A stretch of DNA of 64,000 bases from Candidatus Hydrogenedentota bacterium (lineage in GTDB: Bacteria; Hydrogenedentota; Hydrogenedentia; Hydrogenedentales; SLHB01), in NCBI GenBank assembly GCA_963745075.1, contig CAVUWV010000012.1, forward strand, positions 170,380-234,379, written 5' to 3'. The position numbers and the translations under genes are program-made. This document shows, in pieces, positions 25,942 through 35,190 of this stretch. The notes under the pieces were generated by a model. The model was not told the DNA's origin. It was given only the letters and a program-made list of their open reading frames with translations, and did not search any database. How positions within the stretch are numbered: the first letter of the stretch is position 1; every line of letters begins with the position of its first letter.

Positions 25942-27247
25942 ATGTCCGAAACCTTTCGCCGAAATGCCTTCTGGTTCATCGTGGCCGCGGTGGCGCTTGG
26001 CATCGCGTTCCTTGTGCAGGCGCCGTACATGGCTTTTGCCGTGTACGCATTTCTGCTGCTCGTGGCCCTGGCGCATTTCTCGTCGGTTGCATGGCTTTCC
26101 GGGTTGGACTGCACCCGCAGCATCAGTCAGACGACCCTCCAGCAAGGGGAAGAAACGGACGTCGAAGTCACGCTCACCAACCGGCGCGGTTGGCCCATTC
26201 CGTGGATCTTTATCGAGGACCTTGCGCCTTCCGATTTCGCGCGGATGGGCGACAACACGCGGCTCGCCGTGCTCATGCCGGGCCGGTCCATCACGCTTGC
26301 GCTACACCTTGACCTGTCCGCGCCGGGGCTACCACCGGATCGGACCCCTGCTGATGGAGTCCGGCGACCTCTTTGGGCTTCAGAAACGTTTTCGCACGGG
26401 CGAACAGCAGCACTACATCTCCGTGCTGCCGACCGTGGCCTACATCGACACCTTTAACATCGGCGCACGCCGTCCCCAAGGGCCCGTGCGGATCAGCAAC
26501 CGCGTCTACGAAGACCCGACCCGCATCTCGGGATTACGCGAGTATGTCCGGGGCGATCCCATGAACCGGATCCACTGGAAAGCGTCCGCCCGGACCGGCG
26601 AACTTTTTGTGAAGCAGACGGAGCCCTCGAATGTTCTGGGCGGCACCGTGATTCTCGACCTGTTTAGTGCCTGGTACCAGGGCGAAGACGCGGAAGAGCG
26701 CAGGGAATTGGCCATCACCACGGCCGCGTCCATCGCGTATCTGCTCCAGACCTCCGGCGAGCAGGTGGGGCTGTTGACCAACGCCCGCGATGCGGCCGAG
26801 GTCGCCCAGTACGACGTCGAGGCCAGGCAATCCCTTTCGCGCAATGACGCCGAAGGCAACGTGGTGGGGGAGAGCGAGTCCGATCGCCTCAGCCCGCTCA
26901 CCGTACCTACGCGCCGCAGTCCGGTGCAGGCCCTGCAAATTGTGGAGAATCTCGCCCGCGTACTCCCAACCGACGGGTTGGACGCGGGACAACTCATTCT
27001 TTCCACGTACAACCGCTTGCCTCGCGACGCCGCTCTTTTGCCCATCGTGCCGCAGGTCACCGAAGACTTTGCGATGGTGTTGGGCCAGATGAAGCTCGCC
27101 GGATTCGCGGTCACGGTTTTTCTTATCAAGAACTCCGCTTCCTACGAAAAGGCGGCGGCTTTGCTGTTAAACCACGAGATCAACTGCATCCACATCGAAC
27201 ATGAACGGCAACTCCACGAGATTTCGCCCGCCCGAATCGGACGGTGA
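25942..27247 (+). pseudogene. DUF58 family protein with a 1-bp frameshift near 26298 (probably a sequence error)
   Basis: N-terminus in ORF 25813-26457 joins ORF 25964-27247 (RRGYHRIGP, LREYVRGDPMNRIHWKASAR). Confidence 0.8.
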
Positions 27248-28982
27248 GAAGCGCGCTCAACGGCAGGAGCATGCGACGGACTTCGCCTCGCTCCTGGCCG
27301 ACGACGCCACCGACTTCGGGGCGTTGACGGAAGAATCCGCCGCGACGAAGCGTAAAGCAAAAGCGCCCGCCGCCACGGATTTTCATTCACTTGAAAGGTG
27401 TTGTGGGGTCGGGCGCTCCCAAACCGTACCAACGCCGGTCTGCGACGGACCTCCTTCTCGATTTTCTTACGCCCCTCATGATTCTCATCATGGTTGCATC
27501 GGTTGTGTTCTTCCTGCTGGACGTCCGCTTCGTGTACACGGAAGTGCACGATTTGAACCTCCGCGTCGTCGCGTTTTGTTTCATTCTGGGCGTCGTCGCC
27601 TTGAATCGCCTTATCGCCCGCGACGGGAAGGACGAGTCCATCATGTACATCATCGGCCTTGCGCCTGGCAATTGGCCTGTACACACTCGCTACGACGACG
27701 GCCTACGAAGTCGGGTTCCGTGGCGGCCAAGTTCATGGCCCGGCCCGGCGTGGCGCTCGGGTTCAACATGACCGTCGTGTTCTTCATCTGGTGGCTGGTG
27801 AACCGGCTCACCCATGAATGCTGCGTGGACGAGAACCGCACCGCCGGCGACATCGGTATCCTTACCGGCACCGCACGCCGCTTCAAGGAGGCCATGGACC
27901 GCAAACCGCAACCAAAGATATCGGATGCCACCCTCGACGCCATCGACCCGACGGAATGGAAGAAACCGGAAAAGAAGAAGCCCAAGCCGATACTCGACAC
28001 GACGGAGCGTCTCTCGAAGCGGCATCCCGGTATCTCGATCTTTTACTTCTCGATCCCCGTCATGATCGCCTTTGCATTGGGCCAGCGCGTGATCCAGCAT
28101 GGCGGCCCGTCCATGTTGTTGGCCGGTCACTTCTACGTCGCCTGTTACACCATCGCGGCTTTGTCCCTGCTCATGCTCTCCAGTCTCGCCGGGTTACGTG
28201 AGTATTTCCGGGCGCGCCGCGTGAAGTTGCCCGGGGGATTGGGAACCTTCTGGATTGGGCTCGGTACGTTGATGGTGCTCATGGTGCTTTTCGCTGCCGC
28301 GGTACTTCCCGGCCCGTCGTTACCCCCCATCGCCTACGTTGCGGAACACGAATACGATCCGTGGAACCGGGGATCGACGTTCCAGTTGCACTCCGTCGTC
28401 ACGCCCGCCGTCGACGTAATACAGCAGAATCACGTGGTCGAAATCATCGGGTGGGCCGTCTTGGCCTGTTTCGGACTTTTCTTCCTCTACGGACTACTTC
28501 GTGCGGCCGGAGCACTCGCGGTTCGCATCGGACGTAACCGGGACCGCTTCCCGCGATTCGTGGTGCGTTTCTTCAATGCCTTGGACCGCTTCCTGGAGCG
28601 CATTACCCGCCTGCCCGAATTGCCCAAACGCCGGCGGCGGCGTATCCGGATCGACCGCCGCATCGCTACCTGCGCGCGTATCGAGAACCCCATGGCCCAG
28701 GGTCCGGCGACCAACACCGCCCAGAAGATCGAGCGCTGTTACGACGCTCTGTGCGCTCTGGCCTACGACCTCGGCGTTCCCCGCCGCATCGACCAGACCC
28801 CCAACGAGTTCATTGAAGCGTTCCCCAAGGAGCTCAACTCGCTCCGCGAAGAAGCCTACGAGCTCACCGACCTCTACGTCCGTTCCGCCTACGCCAACGC
28901 CCAGTTTGACGAACGCACGCAAGACCGCCTCCGCCGTTTCTGGATCACCTACGAGCGCGTGCGGAACCGGGTGCTGCGCTAA
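27244..28982 (+). pseudogene. DUF4129-like multi-TM protein with frameshifts near 27390, 27663 and 27715
   Basis: TM segments split between ORF 27391-27771 and ORF 27201-28982; C-terminal YDALC...R..QTPNEF...LTDLYVRSAYA; start uncertain. Confidence 0.7.
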
Positions 28983-29039
28983 CCTTCTCTTTGACAACAA
29001 GAGATGTGCCCGGGCGTCCGCGTAGGTCCTTGGTTGGTC

Positions 29040-29756
29040 CTAGCCGGTCGACGCGAGTACTGATGCAGCTTGCCGTTGAAATGCCAGCACGCCAACCCCG
29101 TTCCACCACATGGCGAGGTCTCCGTTGCATCGGGCGGGGAGGTTGTAGAGTAGTTGCCAGCCGTGCTCCGATTCGTCTGCCGCGCGAAGCGTACCCCGCT
29201 CAGCGTAGGACAGGGAATCCGGTGCGAAACGCCAATCGTCCACGATTACCAGCGCTTCATCGGCCAGAAACGGTTCCACGAGTTTGATGCCCATATACTG
29301 ACTTTCCTCGTCATGCGCGCCGTCGTAAAAATACAGCCCAATGGGATTGGGCAGCCGGTCGGATATGAAGATCTCCCGGAAGTCACAATCGTAAAACGTG
29401 ACGGCCTCGGCGAGGCTATAATTTTTCAAGTTCTTCTGAGTTATCGCCAACGAATTGAGATCGAATTCGGAAAAATTGTCGCACGCATAGGTCGGGCGCA
29501 GCGGATTGCCGATCAGGGCCGACAACAGGCTCTTTCCGTGGTACGTCCCGACTTCGAGGTAAGCTTCGTTCTCGGGGAGTAACCGGTATGCCAGGTTCAG
29601 TAAGTGCTGTTTCTTGAGGGACAGCTTGCCCTCCACATCAGGACATGGGTCCAGCGCCCGGTATACCTCGGGATCCCACAACTCTTGATTGGGCTGATTG
29701 CGTTGTGGTCCGTTGAAAAGGATCCAGAACGCCTGCCGAAATTTCGTGACATCCAT
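29040..29756 (-). CDS. Class I SAM-dependent methyltransferase (Methyltransf_24-like)
   Basis: YLEVGTYHGKS, FYDGAHDEESQ, IVDDW. Confidence 0.85.
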   Translation of the reverse strand: MDVTKFRQAFWILFNGPQRNQPNQELWDPEVYRALDPCPDVEGKLSLKKQHLLNLAYRLLPENEAYLEVGTYHGKSLLSALIGNPLRPTYACDNFSEFDLNSLAITQKNLKNYSLAEAVTFYDCDFREIFISDRLPNPIGLYFYDGAHDEESQYMGIKLVEPFLADEALVIVDDWRFAPDSLSYAERGTLRAADESEHGWQLLYNLPARCNGDLAMWWNGVGVLAFQRQAASVLASTG

Positions 29757-29863
29757 GCGATATTCTCCGCGAAAAGCCGGTTCTCCTACAGATCTATCGG
29801 CGGCAACGGTGGAAATATTTAGCCTTCTTGGATTATTTGCCAAAAAAGGCGGGCGGGGGGGGG

Positions 29864-31306
29864 CTATCCGGCATTCCCGTTCACGGAATCCGGGACGGGA
29901 CAGGAAAGCACGTCGTTCTCATGGTCGAAGGTCAATTTCTCGAGATGGGAAGGGTTTGAAACCAAGTCGACGGCCGCCAGAAACCCAGCCACGGTCCAGG
30001 TTTGCCGGCTTCGCGCTTCGCGTCCGACGAATCGGCCGTCGCGGCCATCGTAATACTCGGGCCAATCGTCCGTTTGGAGTCGATTGATTCCCAGCGTAAG
30101 TGCCCGTTTTGCGAGGCCGGGTCGATCCATGCGCAGCGCCGCCCCCACGAAAAGCCACAGCAGGAACGGCCAGTTACCGCCGTTGTGGTAGGACCACGCG
30201 AAATTCTTTGAATCCGCGCCCGTGACGAGAAACCACTCCTGGTCTTCAAGTGCCGGGTAACAAACTTTCAGCGGGACTTCGCCGACGAGTTCCGGCCATT
30301 TCGCCTCGTAGAGGTCCAGTATGGCGTCGGCCTGCTTGTTGTTCGCGAGCCCGCAGAGTACCGACAGTAAGTTGCCTTGCGAGAAATAGCGGAAATCCAT
30401 CCGGCCCGGTCCTATGTTGCCCAGAAAATACCCGCCCTTCTCGGGAATCCATTCCATGACCCAATCCGGCACGGATGCGGGGTGAATGTTGAAGACGTTC
30501 AGGATGTGGTCGCCATACTGTTCGATCTTGTAGCGATGGATGGTGTTCAGCCGTTTGAAATCCAACCAATAATACTTGTGGATGTGAAGCGTCAGATGGC
30601 CGATGCGATCGGAAAGCGGATTTTGATACTCGCTGTCCTCGGGAAGAAGCGTCCGGGCCGCGAGCAGTCCGGTGAAGAACAAGGCCTGCATGTCGAAGGG
30701 ATAGCCGTAAACCCCCATACGACGGTCGATCATGTACCCGCCGTCGGGTACAAGAAGGGTGGGAAACATGTCGAACCGAGTCGTGATGGACAGTTCGACT
30801 ATAAGCTCGATAGCGTGGAGAATCTCCGGCTTTTCCACAAACTCCGTATCGTCGCTGAAATTCACGTACGCGTGTAAAATCACCATCCACCAGAACACGG
30901 AATCGATGGGCGCGACACGGCCGATAGCTCGTTCCCCGAAATCGGGGATGACCTTTTCGCCGTCATCGGTTCGTTTGATCGCAAAACTGGCGGGCATAAG
31001 ACCGCGACCGGGGACAAAGCAGTCGCTGTGTTCTCGCCGGCTTTGAAGTTCAACCATGGTCGTCAGAAAGTTCCGCACGATTTCGTAGTCGCCGCGCATG
31101 AGGAAGACCATCGCAGAGACCGCAAAATCCCTGGTGAATACCTGATTGTAGTTCGGGCCTTCCTTTGAACCGTCCCGTGCCGCCATGGTGCCCAGGGGCC
31201 TTCCGTCGATCCGGACAATGCTCTCCTGAAGGATGCTCCAGGCCGACTCCATCGTGTCCTCCGGCACCAACTCCGACTGGTTCGAGGACGTCTTCTGATC
31301 GCTCAT
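29864..31306 (-). CDS. Alkaline/neutral invertase, GH100
   Basis: NYNQVFTRDF, GLMPASF, DFGERAIGRVAPIDS, MIDRRMG, WSYHNGGNWP, WPEYYDG, QTWTVAG. Confidence 0.93.
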   Translation of the reverse strand: MSDQKTSSNQSELVPEDTMESAWSILQESIVRIDGRPLGTMAARDGSKEGPNYNQVFTRDFAVSAMVFLMRGDYEIVRNFLTTMVELQSRREHSDCFVPGRGLMPASFAIKRTDDGEKVIPDFGERAIGRVAPIDSVFWWMVILHAYVNFSDDTEFVEKPEILHAIELIVELSITTRFDMFPTLLVPDGGYMIDRRMGVYGYPFDMQALFFTGLLAARTLLPEDSEYQNPLSDRIGHLTLHIHKYYWLDFKRLNTIHRYKIEQYGDHILNVFNIHPASVPDWVMEWIPEKGGYFLGNIGPGRMDFRYFSQGNLLSVLCGLANNKQADAILDLYEAKWPELVGEVPLKVCYPALEDQEWFLVTGADSKNFAWSYHNGGNWPFLLWLFVGAALRMDRPGLAKRALTLGINRLQTDDWPEYYDGRDGRFVGREARSRQTWTVAGFLAAVDLVSNPSHLEKLTFDHENDVLSCPVPDSVNGNAG

Positions 31307-31421
31307 GCGCTGTCTCCACCATTCATCGTGATACTGCGGATGGCAACCGGACACAAATCGAACGCCGGATTTCGGCCGGTATTCGAATGGTACTCACTCG
31401 GAATCACTGTACGTACAGCCG

Positions 31422-32042
31422 TCAAAACTTGTTCTCTTCGCCTCGCATAATTCGCTGAACGTTGGAACGATGCCGGTAAACAATGAGAATCGCAATCACG
31501 GTGACCACGAGTTGCAGAGTATGGTCCGGCGGCAACAACTGCCCGGGAGCCAAAGCGATATTATTCGGGAGTACATATACGACCATCGTCATGGCCAGCG
31601 CGGCAAGGATGGAAGCCGCACTCGCCATGCGCGTGGTAAGGGCCGTTACCACAAAGACGGCCACCGCCACGAGTGTCGGTACCGGGCACAGGGTCAGGAA
31701 AACACCTGCGCTCGTGGCCACGCCTTTCCCACCTCGGAACTTGATATAAACGGGCAAGAGATGCCCCACAATTGCCGCCACACCGCAGACCAGCGGCGCG
31801 TATGGCCAATCGCTCAGCCGCGAAAAAAGAAGGACCGGAACCGCCCCTTTCAAGGCGTCCCCGGCTAACGCCGCCGCGCCGAGTCTTTTACCCAACACAC
31901 GCAGCGTGTTGGTCGCCCCGATGTTCTTGCTTCCATGCTGCCGGATATCGACCTTCTTCAGCCACAAGCCGAGCCACAGGCCCGTAGGGATCGAACCCGC
32001 CAAGTACGACAACGCCACGGCGATGAGCGTTTCAACGGTCAT
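31422..32042 (-). CDS. plsY: Glycerol-3-phosphate acyltransferase PlsY
   Basis: GSKNIGATN, FRGGKGVAT, HRSNVQR. Confidence 0.96.
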   Translation of the reverse strand: MTVETLIAVALSYLAGSIPTGLWLGLWLKKVDIRQHGSKNIGATNTLRVLGKRLGAAALAGDALKGAVPVLLFSRLSDWPYAPLVCGVAAIVGHLLPVYIKFRGGKGVATSAGVFLTLCPVPTLVAVAVFVVTALTTRMASAASILAALAMTMVVYVLPNNIALAPGQLLPPDHTLQLVVTVIAILIVYRHRSNVQRIMRGEENKF

Positions 32043-32146
32043 TTGAGCGAGGACTCCTCATCGTTGCCTGTAGTACCTGCGGATTGCGGCCAACCCGTTG
32101 GAATCCAGCTCTCGGAGCTTTCATCAGGTTGATGCGTACATGCGAA

Positions 32147-33493
32147 CTACTCAGCCGCTGCGCGCTTGCTCTCGCGCAACTCAATCTTAATCGGTACGCC
32201 TTCGAAACCAAACTTTTCGCGCAGCCGGTTTTCGATGAACCGCAAATAGCTGAAATGGAACAGGCTCTTGTGATTCACAAATAAGATGAACGTTGTCGGT
32301 TTCACACTCACCTGCGTCGCGTACTTGATGCGTGCTTGGCGCTTCTTGTACATGGCCGGCGTTTGCTGTCCACGGAGAACTTCCATAAAGGAGTTCAGTT
32401 CCGGCGTGGAGATCCGCTTCTCCACCTCCGCCTTGATCCGGTCGATGAACTCGAACGTCGTGAAAAGCCGCTGCCGCGTGACGTTGGAAATCGTCAGATA
32501 GGGGACATATTTGAGGAAGGGGGCCTTCAACTCGATTTCCGAGGAAAGGTCTTTGAACTTCCGTTCCTTGTCTTCGATGAGATCCCACTTGGTCCATACC
32601 AGGATCATCCCCGCGCCTTGTTCCGTGATATAACTGACGATACGTTTGTCCTGTTCCGTAATGCCTTCCGTAGCGTCAATCAGCACGAGGCACACATCCG
32701 CCCGGCGCACCGCGCGTAGGGATCGGGCGATACTGAACCGTTCGACATCTTTCTTGATACCCGCCTTCTTCCGAAGCCCCGCCGTATCGATCAAAAGGTA
32801 CTTATTCTCTTTCCACTCGAATTCCACGTCGATGGCGTCGCGCGTCGTTCCCGGCATGTCGTGCACGATGCTACGCTCCTCATTGAGCAGCGCATTAAGA
32901 AAAGACGATTTCCCCACATTCGGTTTGCCCACGATCGCCACCTTGGTGATCGCGGTCTCTTCTTCCTCGGCATCTTCGACCGTTTCGGGCAAATGTCCGG
33001 TCACAGCGATCATCAAGTCGTCGATTCCGATACCGTGACCCGACGAGATCGCCATGGGGTCGCCGAGCCCCAACTCGTAAAAATCGGTCCGGTTCTGTTC
33101 CAGCTTCGCGTTATCCAGTTTGTTCACCGCCAGCACGATCGGTTTGCTGTACTTAAACAATTCGTCCCGGATTTCAATGTCGCCCCGTGTGATTTCTTGT
33201 TGACCATCCACAAGAAAAATGATGGCATGCGCGTCTTCGAGGGCCGCGCGAACCTGGGACTGTATCTGGTGGGTAATGGGATCGGTCGGGTTATCGACGA
33301 TCCCGCCGGTGTCTACGATACGGAAGGCTCGTCCGTGCCATTCTCCCGTACCGTATGCACGGTCCCGCGTTACGCCGACCTCGCCATGCACGATGGCGCT
33401 CTGGCGGCCGGTGATCCGGTTGAACAGGGTCGATTTTCCCACGTTCGGTCGCCCGCAGATCGCGACCAAGGGCAGTTTCTTCGATGGTTGCAT
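32147..33493 (-). CDS. der: Ribosome biogenesis GTPase Der (EngA)
   Basis: Two G domains (GRPNVGKS, GKPNVGKS); YLRFIENRLRE. Confidence 0.97.
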   Translation of the reverse strand: MQPSKKLPLVAICGRPNVGKSTLFNRITGRQSAIVHGEVGVTRDRAYGTGEWHGRAFRIVDTGGIVDNPTDPITHQIQSQVRAALEDAHAIIFLVDGQQEITRGDIEIRDELFKYSKPIVLAVNKLDNAKLEQNRTDFYELGLGDPMAISSGHGIGIDDLMIAVTGHLPETVEDAEEEETAITKVAIVGKPNVGKSSFLNALLNEERSIVHDMPGTTRDAIDVEFEWKENKYLLIDTAGLRKKAGIKKDVERFSIARSLRAVRRADVCLVLIDATEGITEQDKRIVSYITEQGAGMILVWTKWDLIEDKERKFKDLSSEIELKAPFLKYVPYLTISNVTRQRLFTTFEFIDRIKAEVEKRISTPELNSFMEVLRGQQTPAMYKKRQARIKYATQVSVKPTTFILFVNHKSLFHFSYLRFIENRLREKFGFEGVPIKIELRESKRAAAE

Positions 33494-34050
33494 CAGGCTT
33501 GGTCCTCGTTACCGACCTGCTTGACGCCCGCGTAAAGGTAGTCGGCGAATGATAGAATCGAAATGGCCAAAGTCGCCCAAAGAAGCCCGTGCACAAATCG
33601 GGGATGCAGTTCCAGCAACACCGAAATAATCAGGCTCATCTGAAAGGCCGTTGTCAGTTTCCCTGTGATATGGGGGGCTGCCCGCACGGGCCCGTAGTAC
33701 TCATTGATAAGATACGCTCCGATCACGATAATGGCGTCCCGGCTCAGTATGACGACCGGAAACCATGCCGGGACCGGCGTCCGCAATTCGGAATTCACCG
33801 CCAGGAAAATGAAGGCGGTATTCACCAGCAGTTTGTCCGCCAGCGGATCCAGCACTGCGCCCAGCTTGGTCTTCTGGTTATAGGCCCGCGCAACAAACCC
33901 GTCGATCCCGTCCGAAATCGCAGCGACAGCGAACGTCGCGATGGCCGCGACGCGACACCACGGCTGTTCCCGCGTATACGACATAATAAAGATCGCGAAC
34001 ACCGGGATAAGCACGAGGCGGCCGATGGTAATCCGGTTTGCAAGCGTCAT
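33493..34050 (-). CDS. CDP-alcohol phosphatidyltransferase (PgsA/ClsA-type paralogue)
   Basis: DGIDGFVAR...GAVLDPLADK. Confidence 0.9.
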   Translation of the reverse strand: MTLANRITIGRLVLIPVFAIFIMSYTREQPWCRVAAIATFAVAAISDGIDGFVARAYNQKTKLGAVLDPLADKLLVNTAFIFLAVNSELRTPVPAWFPVVILSRDAIIVIGAYLINEYYGPVRAAPHITGKLTTAFQMSLIISVLLELHPRFVHGLLWATLAISILSFADYLYAGVKQVGNEDQA

Positions 34051-34174
34051 CGATTTGCTTTCGATACCAAGAAGATCGCCCCGCCCATTACAACGTCAAA
34101 GTATACCAGCAGCGGGAAAAACCAATCAATTGGTGCGGCCGTCCGGTCCACGTACAGCGAGACGTCGCGGGCCG

Positions 34175-34561
34175 CTACTCCACGTCCTGGTTTGCGGGAA
34201 GATGACGTCGGATTTGCGCGACCAGTTCGGCCGGCGAGAAGGGCTTCAGCACAAGTGCCGCCGCGCCAACTTCCTTACATTTGGCGCGAGCATCCGGCGT
34301 ATGGGCCGAGGAAAGGCACAGCACCGGGATGGTTTCCGTGCGCGGATTCGCCTTGAGCTGTTGGCACACCTCGTATCCGCTCATCATGGGCATCATGATA
34401 TCGAGCAGGATCAGGTCGGGCGACTCGCTCTCCGCGATATCGAGGGCGCCGATACCGTCGTACGCGCTGAGCACGTCGAATCCCTCGGTGGTCAGCGTTC
34501 GCGCGATCAGAGTGACAACATCCGGTTCATCGTCCACGATGAGAATCTTGTTGGTGTCCAC
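34175..34561 (-). CDS. Stand-alone response regulator receiver
   Basis: ILIVDDE, DLILLDIMMP, KPF. Confidence 0.92.
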   Translation of the reverse strand: MDTNKILIVDDEPDVVTLIARTLTTEGFDVLSAYDGIGALDIAESESPDLILLDIMMPMMSGYEVCQQLKANPRTETIPVLCLSSAHTPDARAKCKEVGAAALVLKPFSPAELVAQIRRHLPANQDVE

Positions 34562-34566
34562 CCATC

Positions 34567-35031
34567 TTACCTTTCGTTCCGTCGAATGCCACGGTCCGTT
34601 ACGTGCAAATCGATCGTATGCATGCGTGTCCGCGTCGATCGTGAGGAGGTCTGCCGCCGCGATTGTGCCGCAATCGGCCGGGTCGGCGCCCGTTCAATGG
34701 CCTTGCGCAATAATTGCACGCCGTGATCCATGAACCCGACTTCTTCTTCCGCATTCCGGACAATCATGCCTTCGACCGGAGCCGACAATGGATAGCGAAA
34801 CTCCTCGTCCCGCATCAACTGCACCATGACGACCGTGCCTTGAGGCATCGATTCGATCATGCGAATACACATGCCGTACGGCGTCACGTTCATGATGACA
34901 CCCTGGAAAGTCATGTCGGGCGCCTCTTTAGGCCACAGCAGGCAGGGCCGACATGTTTCGGTGCGAGGGGCGCGCCGTTTGCCTCGTCGCAACGACCGAT
35001 TATCGCCGCTCATCATCATGTCGTCGCCCAT
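34567..35031 (-). CDS. PilZ-like domain protein
   Basis: RRAPR and NVTPYG motifs, terminal HGVQL; start uncertain. Confidence 0.7.
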   Translation of the reverse strand: MGDDMMMSGDNRSLRRGKRRAPRTETCRPCLLWPKEAPDMTFQGVIMNVTPYGMCIRMIESMPQGTVVMVQLMRDEEFRYPLSAPVEGMIVRNAEEEVGFMDHGVQLLRKAIERAPTRPIAAQSRRQTSSRSTRTRMHTIDLHVTDRGIRRNER

Positions 35032-35190
35032 CACATACCTCGCATCTGTCCGATGTCTTCCGCTACTGTACCATACCCGCTTAGGAATTTCATGCCACAT
35101 CGCAATCGTTCCGCAGAATCCGCACCTTGCGGATTGAGATCGATTGCCCTTGGTCTATGGTGCGTCCGTTGCGTAGACTAAGGCCGCTCG

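Noticed and set aside
26290..26305. Programmed ribosomal frameshift in DUF58
   Set aside because: No slippery heptamer; several similar indels nearby point to sequence error.
29855..29863. G9 tract as a phase-variation switch for the methyltransferase
   Set aside because: Intergenic, directly at the invertase stop, not placed within a recognisable promoter; homopolymers are unreliable in this assembly.
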